A program made the position numbers and the translations under genes. The notes below the pieces were generated by a model that was not told the origin of the DNA, did no database searches, and saw only the letters and a list, made by a program, of their open reading frames with translations. Shown one piece after another: positions 12,778-25,762 of a DNA stretch of 64,000 nt (its first letter is position 1; the number at the start of each line of letters is the position of its first letter). The DNA is from Phyllosticta citribraziliensis (lineage: Eukaryota), in assembly GCF_038025025.1 (NCBI RefSeq), contig NW_027117348.1:1240001-1304000 (forward strand), written 5' to 3'.

Positions 12778-13254
12778 GGTTGGCAATGAGGCTCAATGAG
12801 CCAGGGCAATTGAGTGTGAGAAGGTGTGCAAGCAAGCAGAAGTAAGGTGTGGGGAGGTTGTGTAGAGGTTGTGGAAGCAAGCAAGCAAGCGAGCGAAGGT
12901 GGAGTATAAAAAGGGTAGAGGTCAAGAGAGCGCCCGAAGCGAAGGCGGGTGGTGGTTTAGAGGGCACGGGCCTCGATCAGATGCCGCTTAGGGTGCAGAA
13001 AAGCGCCTGAATTAACACTTCGGTGTGTATATTCGAAGTGAGCGGGCGTGGTGTCCGGAAGCTCGGACCCCTTTTTCCCGGTGTTGACCATCGGGTGCAA
13101 CTTGACCTTGGAACCACCACCTCCTCCATCAACCAGCTACTCATTTGAGAAAAGGACCCTCACCTTGATGCCTTCAGATTCATCGTCCTGCAGCCGTCAT
13201 TCAGAGAAATCTCTCCTTCTGGTATTGCGATTGCGTCTGGGAGCATTCGTTGAC

Positions 13255-13412
13255 CATTACGACCACGCTCAGGGAGCCTTCATCTGCTGTCACGGCTGTA
13301 CCCAGGGAGCTGTCATTCATCGATCGCACGGCCACATTCAAGGAGCTTTCGTTCGCGGCCACAGTTGCGCTCAGGGAGCTGTCGTCGACCACAGCTACGG
13401 GCAGGGAGCAGT
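13255..13412. repeat. Degenerate ~30-39 bp tandem repeat with a CAGGGAGC core, ~5 copies
   Basis: Five CAGGGAGC/CAAGGAGC cores in succession. One frame reads LREPS..PRELS..FKELS..LRELS..GREQS. Confidence 0.5.
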
Positions 13413-13591
13413 CATTGCTCTCGACACCAAACTCTTCTCGAAAGGCCAGTATATACGTCGCCTTCACGAGACGGCCCTGGATATACACACTGCGACCTGC
13501 AAGTCCTTCCTAGATCATGAAGTATCCCGTAACTTACCAAAAAAGGAGTATACACTCGAAAATACCGCTCTCCATCGAAGCCAGCTCGAAA

Positions 13592-14579
13592 ATGGAGAAT
13601 CCGAACAACCCGTTCCAATGGCCGAGCTGCACCAGTTACTGGCAAGAAGTCGAGACGGCTGGTGTCTCGTAAGTGCCACATCCCAGGAAATGGTCTATGG
13701 CCCGTACTGACAGCTTCGTACAGGAGCGGGGAGCAAAACTTCGTTACCATTTTGGTCGGCCCAAAGCTGAAGCCCTTCGTCGTCCACGCCAACGTCATTG
13801 GCGCCAAATCGCCCTTTTTCAAGACAGCCTTCGAGAGCGGCTTCAAAGAAGGCGCCATGCAGGTCATGACGCTCGCCGACACGGAAGAGGCAGTGTTCCG
13901 CGTCGTCATGGAGTGGGTCTATGACCATACATCTCTGCCGACGGCCTACTGGGCCGAGACGGACAACTGGGAGGAATTCTCCGCGGGCAGGCAAGAACTG
14001 GAGTGGGACGCTCTGATGGTCGAGAACTACATCTTCGCCCAGACGTATATGTTCAAGGAGTTGGCTGCAAGTGTATGCGGCGACTTTGTTTGGCGCCTGT
14101 GGGAGATAGACTGCGAGGACCCGCGGGAGCCGCAATTTCCGTTTCCAACAACGCACACGGTCGAAAGGCTGTTCGGCGGCGTCCCGGAGAGCTCGAAGCT
14201 CTGTGAAGAGTTCGCGTTGGCGTTCCTCTTGCGCCTGCATGAAGGTACCCTAGCGTCCGGTCAGCAAAGCCTCAAAGACGTCCCTCCGACCTTCGCCAAA
14301 ACTCTCCTGGTCATGCTCGCCAGTACAAGAGTTGGCATGCCTTTTCCTTGCTCTCCGGCGGTCAATGTCCCCAGACTGGTGGAAATAGCGTTCCAGACTG
14401 AGGAAGAGGAAGAGGACGACCACACTTTACAGGAGATCCAACCCGAAATCTTTGGAGTCAAGCTGGAGGAAGCATCTCGGGCAACGGAGAGCAAGAAGGA
14501 CGCCAAGATCCAAGTTTTGACTCGTGAGAACGACAGGCTGAAGAGGGAGATTGAGGAGCTCAAGAAGCGACTTGCCTGA
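13592..14579 (+). CDS. BTB/POZ-domain protein (dispersed copy, BTB-1) with C-terminal coiled coil
   Basis: ATG 13592, phase-2 intron 13669-13723, then VTILVGPKLKPFVVHANVIGAKSPFFKTAFESGFKEGAMQVMTLADTEEAVFRVVMEWVY (fungal BTB consensus). C-terminus LTRENDRLKREIEELKKRLA. Confidence 0.88.
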
Positions 14580-15023
14580 GTACGGCATCGGGAATGGGTC
14601 TCAGGACATGATGACAGGCCACAGGGACATGAAAGCGAGTTCCGATGGGGAATCAAGTTTTCTGAAGATATGAGAGACGCCTGTACATAGTCATTGAATG
14701 CGAATGCCTGCTCAATTTCATCAGTGGAGAAATTGCTGCCATCAGCCACATCAGCTTGCTCACAAACTTCTCCGATTGCAGACGTTCAACATGGAAAGGA
14801 GGCCCCAGGGCGCTTGAACAAGCTTAAATCAGAATTGAATGACTTCAAAGAGATACGTTCAAAAGCAAACAAGACCTCTAGTCTGACATCTGAAGGCACT
14901 CGAAAACGCAAACTTGATTTTGTTGGTACAGAAAGAAGGCAACAAAGAACCAAGAGGTATTGAACTCGAATTTTCCCTATCCACCCAAGTCTAGAAAATC
15001 AAGAAAAGCACATCTTACTTGAT

Positions 15024-17087
15024 TTACTGCTCCTCCTTGTACGCTTGCTCGTGAATGGCAATGGCACTGCAAACAGTCAGTCAAGCACTTGCAAAAACGT
15101 TGGAAAACTCACCGTCCGCTGGGGTCAGTCTGCTTGCTCCAGGTGGGGACCCATCTCTTGACGGTGCCCGCGCAGTACGTGGGGAAGTGCTCGTCAAACA
15201 TGCACCTGTACCAGTAGGCCTCCTTGGTGTCGGGAACGTCGCTGCCCCACTCGGGCTTGGGGTTCTTCATGTCCTCGTCCGAGACGTGGAGCTCGGCGTT
15301 GTCCTTGAGGCCGTCGATCCAGCCGTATCCGACACCGTCGGAGAACTGCTCCTTTTGGCGCCACAGAATCTTCTCGGGCAGGTAGGGCTTGGTCTCCGGC
15401 TCGTCGGTCGTGTCAAAGGCGCGGCGCAGAATGTACTTCTCGATGCGGTCCTTGGTGATCATCTTGTCGGCGGGGTCAATGTTCATGCACAGCTCAAGGA
15501 ACTCGCGGTCGAGGAAGGGCACGCGCGCCTCGACACCCCAAGCAGAGGTCGACTTGTTGGCGCGCAGGCAATCGGCAAGGTGCAGGTTGTCGACACGGCG
15601 GACAGTCTCCTCGTGGAACTCCTTCTTGTCCGGCGCAGCGTGGAAGTAGAGGTAGCCGCCGAAAATCTCGTCACTTCCCTCGCCGCTGAGAACCATCTTG
15701 ACGCCCATGGCCTTGATCTTTCTGCTGAGAAGGAACATGGGAGTCGATGCGCGGATAGTGGTGACGTCGTAAGTCTCGAGGTGATAGATGACGTCGGAGA
15801 GGGCGTTGAGGCCGTCCTCAATGGTAAAGGTAAAGCTGTGATGCCTGGTACCAAGGAACTTGGCAACCTCCTCTGCCGCCTTGGTGTCTGGTGCGCCGGG
15901 GAGACCAATCGAAAACGAGTGGAGCTCGGGCAGCATCTGGACGGTGGTCAACTTGTTGTCGTCGTCGATTCCAACCAACTCCTCATCGAGGCTGCCGTTC
16001 TGCCGTTGTCTTTGCTGTTTTGCCAGCTCGTTGACCCTCTGGATTTCCCTCTGGGCAATGGAGGCAACCAAACTCGAGTCGAGACCGCCGGACAAGAGGA
16101 CACCAAAAGGAACCTCGGCCATCAGCCGTTTCCGCACCGACTTTTCCAACGCTGTGCGCAGAGTCTTGTAGTCCACCGGGGTCTCGGGGATGCTGCTGGG
16201 CTCAATGAGCCACTTGGGGTCAAAGTATCGCTTCAATTGGTCGGTCTTGGAGTCGTAGACGTGGCCCGGGGGGAAAGTCATGATGTCGTCGCAGACGGGG
16301 TGGAGGCACTTCATCTCGGAAGCAAAGTAGACGGCGCCGGGCGTCTTGCTCGACCTGCCCATGTAGAAGGAGGTCACACCAATAGGGTCGCGCGCCGCAA
16401 CAACGCGGTCCTGAGTCTTGTCGTGGAGGACCCAGGAGAACATGCCATCGAGGTGTCTGGGGGCATCAATGTCGTGCTCGAGGTACTGTCTCCAATTAGA
16501 AGAGTCTGGATTGGCGGCGCAGAGCAAATACCAGAGGAATAATGACCTCGCAATCCGAATGCGTCTTGAAGTTGTATGGGGTCTTGAGGTGCTTCCTCAG
16601 CACCCTGTGGTTGTAGATTTCGCCATTGACGGCCAGAGCAATGGTTCCCTCGTCGTTGACAAGAGGCTGAGCGCCAGACTCTTGGGATCGTGAGCGATTG
16701 TCTCGCAGCGGGTGGATTCACGTACCGACGCCAACAATGGACAGACGTTCATGAACAAGGACTAAAGAGTCAGATCGAGACCGATAAGGATCAAAATTGG
16801 GGAGCGCTTACTAGTGTTGTTCGCAATCACGTTGCCACCTATCTGGTTCAGCAATGAATCTTCTCTCGCGGTAAAGGATGCTCACTCCAGTCCGGTCCAC
16901 GGTGACGGATGCTGCGATTGGTCAACAAAGGAAGCTCGGAGGCCAATTGGAAAAACGTACGCCTTGCCCATTTTCAGGGCCGTAGGCTTGAACTTTTGGA
17001 CATCAGGGTGACTGGCGATTGTTAGTCGGGCGATTCGTAGAGGCGCAAACGGTGTACGGACCAATGGCAAGCGAAAATGCCACACAT
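15024..17087 (-). CDS. ASN1: Glutamine-hydrolysing asparagine synthetase (multi-exon)
   Basis: N-terminus MCGIFAC (Ntn glutaminase), plus [44 protein letters not shown]. Last exon [16 protein letters not shown]. Confidence 0.96.
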
Positions 17088-17637
17088 TTTGGCGGAAGCG
17101 TGAGGCGACGAGGGAGGTGAGTGTTCTGGATAGCGAGGAAGAAGAGTGGTGGCGGAATATTAGAAGAAATGACGGCGGACCAGGGCGGAGGACAGTTTTT
17201 TGAGTCACTTTTGAGCGAGCGAGCTATCGGCCGCCCGATCTGCCCCGCGGTGGGCCCAGCGGTGTCTTGGGAGCACGTCCGTTCTCGGCCCGCACGCTAC
17301 CACCAGCTTGATATTACTAAGGGCCGTGATGAATGGAATTGTGTGGTCACCTCATGGTCGTCAAGTAATAACATTCCACATTCCTAGGTCATTCAATACC
17401 GGCACTCGCTTCTGCGCCTTCAATCCGCTTCCTGCCGTCCGAAATTGAAATCAAACAAAACACTTGGATCTACGAAAACAAAGACTGCCAGTCCATCCGT
17501 TGAGGCACAGACGCCGCCACGTACCGCCTCCGCTCATGCTCACCCCAAATCCCCAGAATCCAACCAGAAAGAAACGCGATTGCTGTTTTTGACTACCCGT
17601 GTGCTCGACGTAAGAGTATCGTGAGAGCGCGCGGTGT

Positions 17638-18712
17638 CTAAAAGAAGAAGTAGGCCAGCAAGAAGCTAAAGAGGCACAGACCAGCAGCAATCTGGACCGA
17701 GACACCGCTGGCCGGGGCGTGCTGCATGGCCATGTTCTGGGAAGTCGGTCCTTTGTCAGAACCGCTGCTAACCACAGCATTGCCCTTGCGTTGCCGGAGA
17801 CCCTGGTCGCGTTCCTGTTCCAGGCGGGTGATTTTGGCATACGCTTGCTCCAGCTCGGCCCTGAGGCTCTCTTCCTTTCCAGACACTGCTGGGTTGTGTG
17901 TCGAAGCGACGGCGTCGCCGAGGTTCTTACTCTCGCTGGGGCGCGACTCTGAGCGCGACACGGTGCTGGAAGCGGGCGCAACAATGCGCTGCGGCGTAAC
18001 GGCTTCGGGAGACGGGGAGCGCTGGGAAGCGGACAGATCGTGGTTGCTGGTCGACGTTCCGTTGACGGCTGGAGAAGCGTCGCCGTCGGCAGGGAGAAAG
18101 ACGACACGAATCTTCTTTTCCTGGATCGTGTGCTTTGCCGTTTGTTCAATGTGACTCCACTATCGCCAATTAGTCTTGTTCCTTGGCGCCTGTTTGTCCA
18201 CATACGACAGAGGCAACGTTGCCCAGTTCATTTTCTCCAGTCATTGCGACGGACTGAACGAGAAACTTGTCGCGGCATCGGGCATCCGGGGGAGGGTCCT
18301 CCCTCATGGCCTGGAGAAGGACTGTGGAAATTAGCCTTGTAGTCACCAAGAGGCCAGCTTATCCCACCTTGAACCTCGACTTCCTTTCCCGGCTCGATGC
18401 GGCCAGAATTTGGTCGTACACAGTATCTGTCAAGAATGAGCAGCGAGCGGCATGGGACGGGCAGGCGACAAACTGCTTGGGAGCCGTGGTTTTGACCTAT
18501 ATGGCGTCAGAACAGCTCGGTCTGGGAACGCTGTGAAACACTTGCCTTGAACGCGACTGGTTCCGCATTGGGGTTGCGCAATCGCAGCGACTGGGAAACT
18601 TCGGTGGTGAAGGGGCCTAAGGACGACGGTCAGGCACCAGAGTCTCGGACAGGCAGAAAAAGGCTAGCATACGCTTGAAGCCCAACTCGGGCGGCGAAAG
18701 CTCAACGGACAT
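17638..18712 (-). CDS. SCS2: VAP/Scs2 ER membrane protein (MSP domain, C-terminal TM)
   Basis: Spliced MSVELSPPELGFKRPFT..AFKVKTTAPKQYCVRPNSG, a coiled coil, and the TM anchor GVSVQIAAGLCLFSFLLAYFFF. Confidence 0.92.
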
Positions 18713-19296
18713 GGTGACGACGGCGTTGGCGCGAGGTGGCAGGGGCGTGATTGCAGGACAGGAGACGCAAGTACGCGATCGGCGGATGGGCAAAGGGCTA
18801 CGGCGGAGACGGCGGAGAGCACGGAGCGCGCAAAGTCAACGACGACGAGGACGGAGGTGAGGCGATTCGATGGAGAAGAGGGCAAAAGCGACGATGAGCT
18901 CGCGAGAAGCAACAGGCGGACTGGAGTAGGTGGAGATTTGCGAGTACCTTCTTCCCGCGGCTGCTGATTGCCCGTTGCCTGCACGCGACGACAAAGCCGG
19001 GGATTGTCAATTCATTACAGTGGGATTACTGGTACAGTCAGCAGGATCTGGCCATTTCGGGTAGGCAGTGGAGCCGGCTTCCTTTCTCTGCTGACAAATC
19101 CAGGCCCGTTTCCTCAAGCCCTGCCAGTTCAGGCTCACCGCCATCCCCAGCGTATCAAATACACACTTTGTGGTAAGATCAGCATTGCCGGGGATCCGAC
19201 GTCACCACCCGATCAGCACCCCGCCGGAGCTCTGTTCTTCTCGAACCTTTACTCTCAACCGAAACATCCTAGCCACATCAACCTCACAACCTCATC

Positions 19297-20324
19297 ATGG
19301 CTTCCTCCGACCTTGACCAGCTCGTGGGCATGGGCTTCGACCAAGAACGCGCCCAGCTCGCCCTTTCCAAGGCCGGCTCCAGTGAGTAAACGCTAAACAC
19401 GGATTCTCACTCAAACACGACTAACAACCTGCGTCTGACAGTCCCCGACGCCATTGATTGGCTTGACAAGAACAGCGAGAAGTCGATTGATGAAATCAAA
19501 GCCGAGGATGCTTCGACCGCTGAATCAGCCTCCGCCGACGCCGGAGAGGTCGCCATGAGCATGCGCTGCGCCGACTGCGGCAAGACATTCAGAACTCAAG
19601 GCGAAGTCCAGTTCCACGCCAACAAGTCGGGCCACGCCAACTTTGAGGAGAGCACCGAGGTACTCAAGCCGCTCACCGAGGAGGAGAAGAAGGCCAAGCT
19701 GGAAGACCTGCGAGTTAAGCTGGCGGCGAAGCGCGCCGGCCAGGCCGAGCAGGACAAACTCGACAAGCAAAAGAATGACGTATGTTTGCAAAACGCACAA
19801 ATTGAAAAGACGTGTCTGACGAGTGCTAGGAAATCCGCCGCAAAGCCACCAAGGAAACTCAAGACGCCAAAGAAGCCCTGCAAGCCAAGGAGCGCATCAA
19901 GGAAGCGCAGGCCAAGAAGCGCGAGAAGCAGGAGGAGATTGAGGCGCGCAAACGCGTGCAGGCCCGGATTGAGGAACAAAAGGAAGAGCGCAGACGCAAG
20001 GCCGAACTCGAAAAGGCTGCCCGTCTTGGACAAGCACCCCCAGAAGCGGCTCCGGCTCCGGCTGCTGCTCCCGCGCCGCCCAAGCCGTCTGCTGCGTACT
20101 CCGAGGCCAGATTGAGGTTGCAGACCCCGAGTGGCACTGTCCAAAAGACGCTGCCCGTGGAGACGACGCTGTTCGAGGTGGCACACCAATTGACGCAGGA
20201 AAAGGGCATCACCGTCACCAACTTCACCCAGACTTTCCCCAGAAAGGTGTTTGACTCGACCGACTTTGGAATGACGCTCAAGGAGGCGGGCATGGTTCCG
20301 AGCGCGGCATTGATCGTCGGCTAG
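19297..20324 (+). CDS. UBA-C2H2-UBX domain protein (UBXN1/SAKS1-like Cdc48 adaptor)
   Basis: MASSDLDQLVGMGFDQERAQLAL (UBA), CADCGKTF..H..KSGH..FEES zinc finger, coiled coil, and UBX ARLRLQTP..TFPRKVF..GMVPSAALIV. Two introns. Confidence 0.9.
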
Positions 20325-20501
20325 AAAATGCATTCGAGGCGTATGGTTTGATCACAACATGGGATTGTTGATGTCTTGACAGGGTTGCTTCACATCCATG
20401 GGGACGACATCAAAAGTGGAAATACCAAAACGGTGGATACCAGTTTATATCGACTCATAGAACCAAGATCCTCAACGCCTTTTGATGCCCATTTCAGTGA
20501 C

Positions 20502-21931
20502 CTATTTTGATGCCTTGGCCTTTTTTGCCTTGGGCGACTTGGTGTCCTTGACCTTGCCAGCCTTGGCCTCCTTCTCAGTCTTGCCCTTGGTAGCCTTGAC
20601 CTCCTCAACGGGCTTGCTCTTGGCCTTGGTCTTCTTTTCAACCGGCTTCGTCTCCTTGACCTCCTCGACCTTCTCCTCCACAGCACCACTGCTAATCCTC
20701 TTGGATCTTCTCGTCGTCTTTTCGGTCACGGTGCCCTTGCTCGGCTCGGATTTGACCGTTTTGACAACCTCTGTCTCCTGGTGCGGTTCCTCGGCGATGG
20801 CCTTGGGCGCCTCAGCAGCCGGCAGAGCTTCCTTCTTGCCCACCGCGTCGACACCCTTGACAGCCGGGGCCTCGAACTCGTAGCCCAGCGCCTTGAGCTT
20901 CTCCTCTTTCTCCTTGCGTCTCTGCTCCTCCTTCTTGATGCGATTGTCCCAGCCCTCTCTCTCCATGCCGAGCCTCAGGTGGCGACCCTCCATCTTGTTG
21001 CGCGGGGCGGGCTTGAAGCGGCGGTTGGCGCCCTTGAACAGCTCCGGGTGCACCTGGTCCGCGGGAATGTAGCGCACCTGCAGGATGTGGCCGAACATGA
21101 GATACTTGTCCATGGTCTCGGCGGTGATGCGCGCAACGGACGCGTGCTTGAATTCGATGAAGGCGTAGTGCTTGGAGCGGCCCGTCTTCTTGTTGCGCGA
21201 CAGCCGCAGCCGTGTAATCTCGCCGAATTGCGAAAAGTAGGCGCGCATCTGGTGCTCGTAGAAACCGTGGGGAACGCGGCTATTCATCAAACATTAGCGA
21301 TGGGCAGAATGTGGTGTCGTGTGATGCTTACCCAACGTAAACGACGCCCGGAAGGTCCTGGCCCTGTTCTTGAGCCTTGGTGAGCTTCTTGCGGAGCTTC
21401 TTCTCATTCGGTATCGTCGGGACCTCGTCAACGTTGAGGCCTTCATCTTCGCCGTCCGCCTCGTCCTCGCTGCTCTCAAAGCCCTTTAGCAGGGCCGCCG
21501 TCTGGTCATCCTCCTTTTCATTTTCGCTCTCCTCGGCAGACTCTTGCGCTTCCTCTGCGGCCGCAGACTCTTCGGATTCCGGCTCAGGCTCCGGCTCAGG
21601 CTCAGATTTGCGCTTCTTGTTGCTCTTCTTGGTCGCCTTTTCAGGCTTGGCCTCTGCCTTTTCAGTCGCGGGTTCCTCGGCCTCGAAGAAGTCAGAAGCG
21701 CGCTTGCGAGAAGCTTTGGTGCTGGCAGCAGTATCGGCTTTGGGTGCTGCAGCCTTGGCCTTGGAGGGCTTCGCGGCGGCGGTCTTTTCAGCAACAGGCG
21801 CTTCGGTCTTTTTGATTTTTTTCGTCGAGGGCGAGGGAATTGCGGCGCCGCCTGCACATGTCAGCTTGAGTCCAGATTGGAATGATAGATTCCATACTCT
21901 TGCGCTTCTTGTTTGTCTTTTCGGGTGCCAT
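20502..21931 (-). CDS. NOP15: Ribosome biogenesis RRM protein, Nop15/NIFK-like
   Basis: Spliced [50 protein letters not shown]/E-rich termini. Two introns. Confidence 0.9.
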
Positions 21932-22195
21932 GGTGAATTCAATGTTTGGTGAAGAGCGAGACGCGCTTGGTGAATGGAACTTTTTTCTCCAGGTGCGCCA
22001 GCAGGGTATCGCCGAAATAGGGCCGGCATCTACAACTTCAACCCGACCCGGACCGTTGCCAACCCGGACGCTTCACGTTAATATCAACAACACGCATCTC
22101 GAGAAGTCTTCGATTGAAATTTGGCGTCGAAGAGTTCAAACTTGTGCTTGTGCAGCTCCAACTTGTGAAGTCTTTGCATTTGACATCAACCGAAA

Positions 22196-22974
22196 ATGGC
22201 AACCAACGTCGACCTCAATGACAGAAGAGCTTGGGATGACCGCGCCCTCATAGATGGCTGGGATGCTGCGCAAGAAGAATACAATGTATGCCTTCCAAAC
22301 TCAAAAGAACTTCCCCATGCTGACGCATGCCAGCTCTACCACTCGGTCCAGCTTCATGGCGAGAACATTCTCCACTACCTCGACAGAGAGCAACTCGAGT
22401 CTCTCAAAGAGTAAGAGTTTGCGGGCTTGTCACGAACGTTGCTGATTTTTCAAGTGCATTTCAAGATAGCGGAGAAGATGCTTACATTGGAGCCATCGAA
22501 GCCGAGCTCGCGGCCCGTCCTGCTGAGCCGGTGAAAGAAGAAGAAGCAAATGTCCCAGAAGATGCGCAAGCAGGTGATGAAGAAATGAAAGAAGCCAACG
22601 AAGCCGACAAAGGTAACTTACCTCCAATTTTGATGCTACTGCCTCACAAGAAGATCAGACAAGTACATTTGGCGATACTAACCCAATCCAGACGACACGG
22701 CCGCGCAAGACCAACTACTCCAAGAGACGGCAGCATCCGCGCACTACGCGCCAAACCCAACGGCACCGGGCCCAATCATGAAAAGTAATCCCAAACCAAC
22801 CCTCTCTGGAAGCACGCATCTAACAAGGCAGCAGTGGAAGACGAGCTCCTCCGCAACATGATGCTGTCATGGTACTACGCGGGCTACTACCAAGGCAAAT
22901 ACGAAGAGCGTAGCAGCAACAGCACCAGCAGTAGCAGCAGCGCGTCTCAGCCACCGGGCCCATCAACCAAATGA
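22196..22974 (+). CDS. SMN1: Survival motor neuron (SMN)-like protein
   Basis: N-terminal WDDRALIDGWD (Gemin2-binding motif) and C-terminal YG box LLRNMMLSWYYAGYYQGKYE. Multi-exon, TGA at 22972-22974. Confidence 0.85.
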
Positions 22975-23824
22975 AGGACTTTTTCGCAAATGTCGAGTTT
23001 TGCTTTCCGACGACGCTGCGCCACATGCAGCAACGATCCTCCATTTCCACCCACCACATCCGACATGCTGCGACGGATGCAAAAATCGGCGTCTGCACTC
23101 CGGCTATAAGGCAGACGCTATGCGCGAGCTGCTTGAAAAGCCCATCATACTGACCGGGGCTGCCCGCTTACGACGAAAAAGTACCATCGATCCCAAGAAC
23201 TATATCAGCCTCGCACACCACGGCACTAGGACCGGCCCTGCCCCCCTTTCCAAAAAACCCAAGGACGAACGAGATGGAATAGCCATGTGGCTTGCTAACC
23301 GGCGGGGCGGCACTATGCACAGAAGGACAGAGAAAAAAAATATTTGGCAACCATTCGAATAATGAGACGGACATGCGACGCGGTCCGAGACGCAGCCAAC
23401 ACGGCCAAGCCGCGAGGCTGCCATGTCGCCGCGCCCTAATAACCAGCTCTCCTCAAATCAATTGGCGGGGGGAGGCTCCCATTCCACTGGAGCGAAGGAG
23501 CCGGCGTCGTCGAGGCGCTCCCGAGCTTCCGCGCGCGCGCGTTGCACCGTTTTGCTTCATACATGGGTGTGGTGTATGGTGGCCAATTCAATACCTAGTT
23601 GAGGCGCAGGCAGGCTAGGTAGGTGAATTCGGATTTGACCGTCTTATATCCATGCTTCCTTGACAGCTCTTGTCCAATTTGCGTGCGTGTCTCTCCCTTT
23701 TTGATCCGTGCTGTGCCCTTTTCCACCACGCGTTTCCGGGATCTCTCACATCCTCGTCCTCTTCCTCTTCTCTCCTCCCTCGTCCTTCGCACCGCAGCGC
23801 GGCACCCGTCCACCCATCCACACC

Positions 23825-24719
23825 ATGCGCCCACTCCCCCTCAGCGTCCTCCTCCTCGCGCGCTTCGTCGCCGCGCAAACCGTGCACACCGTCACGGTCG
23901 GCGGGCTCAAAGAAGCCGCCGCGCCCGGCGGCCAGCCCTCGCCCAACTTCATCTACCAGCCCGAGTCCATCACCGCGGCGCCCGGCGACGTCGTGCAGTT
24001 TAACTTCCTGCAGCTGAACCACACCATCACGCAGAGCTCGTTCGAGAACCCGTGCGCCAAGGCGCCGGGAGGCTTCGACTCGGGGTTTGTTGTGAATGAG
24101 GACGGCCGGCCGGGCCTGCAGTTTAGTGTGCGCGTCAACGATACTAATCCGATTTGTGAGTTACATGTGGGAGAGGAGGCTGGGGTTGTTGGATGGCTTG
24201 CTGATTTGCTGGGTTGTCGTGTAGGGGCGTACTGCGCACAGGAGACGCACTGCGGCAAAGGCATGGTGTTCGCCATCAACGCGCCGCAGGCCGGGACGAC
24301 GTTCAACGCGTTCAAAGCATCCGCCATCTCGCAAGGCGGCAACGGCGCGCTGACAGCGGCCGGCATCACGGGGCCAACGCCAGCGCCAGCCGCGGTGCAG
24401 CCTCAGGGCCAACAGCCCCAGCCCGCCGCTGCTCCCCAGCCGGCGCCGTCGATTGTACCGGGCAACGGGCAGTGTCGCGATGGCAGCGCGTGCGCGTGTA
24501 GCTGCCTGTGTGGCTCCAGTAGCTTCCCTCCGCAGGCGGCGCAGAATAATTTTGGTGGCTATGCGGGTAAGTCTGTCGAGCTGGCGCTGGGCATCTTGTG
24601 GGCGCTGGCGGCGAGATTGACAGGCATGCGATTCCCTTCCTTGTGTTGTTGGAATCGTGTGCGTAGAGACATGTGCTGACTTGTTTCCAGGTATGCTGCC
24701 GGGAGGAAGTAGGAAGTGA
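23825..24719 (+). CDS. Secreted cupredoxin-fold extracellular protein
   Basis: Signal peptide; HTVTVG..YQPESITAAPGDVVQFNF..NHTITQSSFENPC..FDSGF and YCAQETHCGKGMVFAIN. Cys-rich CACSCLC tail. Two introns. Confidence 0.85.
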
Positions 24720-24977
24720 GGGGTCTTCTTTTCGTGTGCTTGATGCATGACAGTTGAAATCCGCTGAGCGACTGACTGTATTTCGTTTGAGCGATGCTTC
24801 ACATTTACCTTGAGCATTTTTCAACTTTGATCGAGCGTCCATTTTTGCCAAAGGGTATCTTGAAGCAAACTCGTCATGCTCCCTTGTATCCATATCGCAG
24901 CTTTTCGAGCCCGGCCACATCAACAGGGGCGAGCTGTGAGCGGACCAAAAATACCAGACCAAGAACAACTACTTCTG

Positions 24978-25590
24978 TCAGCTTATCCTTCGAGACCGAG
25001 AGGTCAACTTACTGCCCGGGACCCATCCCTCCCACTCGCCGACCCTATCTCCAGCGGCCCAGCAGTTCAACGCTACGATGCCGGCCACCAAAACATTCAG
25101 CAGGCCAATGTAGCGCTCAACCGGGCCATCGCCATCCGGCAGCAGACCCAGCGCCTGCACCCAGTGCGCCAACGGCGTCTTGTCGCCCATACCCGCACCC
25201 ATAGGCCCGCCACTCAGTTCAAACGAGCTCGGCGCAGCAGCACCAAGCGGCACGCCACACAGCACCCACCCTGACGCTGCCAGGCTCGTCAGAGCTAGCA
25301 GGGAAGTGAGGCATTCGGAGAAGCTGGAGGGAGCAAAGAGCGGGCGCAGGTAAAGCAGTGCGGAGAGGGCGGGGAGAGATAGAAAGGCGCGACGGTAGAA
25401 TTCTGTGCGAGCGGCATCTTGGGCGCGAAGACGCGCAATGAGCTGCGCTTGTTCTGCGCTTGGTTAGCCATGAAGCGGCGAGATGTGGTGGCTGCGTACC
25501 TTCTTCGTCGATACCCTCAACAGGCTCATCTGAGTCGGAATCCGCGTCTGTGGGGTAGCGGAAAGCTTTACGTAGGCGCGTGGAATCCAT
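24978..25590 (-). CDS. Small multi-pass membrane protein of unknown function
   Basis: MDSTRLRKAFRYPTD..EGIDEE, one intron near 25453-25499, then hydrophobic segments (LTSLLALTSLAASGWVL, YIGLLNVLVAGIVAL). Confidence 0.65.
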
Positions 25591-25762
25591 GTTGTCAATA
25601 AACGTGAGGAAAAGCCATGAGTGACGGCCAGGGAAACGCGCGCCGCGATCAATGACGCAGACGGCAGAAAACGGCGCTAGCCCACCGCCCGCCGATCACC
25701 AAGCTCCCGATGAATTAATCGACTCGGCCGCCAGCAATTGCACCACCACATCACCTGTCACG

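Noticed and set aside
13048..13710. 220-aa ORF overlapping the BTB-1 start
   Set aside because: GTG start and no recognisable domain. The spliced model from ATG 13592 explains the locus better.
14694..14963. Short ORF with coiled-coil and NLS-like RKRK downstream of BTB-1
   Set aside because: I found no splice path that bypasses the BTB-1 stop and no homology. Possibly a decayed extension, but unsupported.
15055..16542. 495-aa plus-strand ORF
   Set aside because: Antisense mirror of the GC3-biased asparagine synthetase CDS.
23089..23118. Hairpin GCGTCTGC...GCAGACGC
   Set aside because: An 8-bp stem is expected by chance in GC-rich DNA, and I saw no other ncRNA hallmarks.
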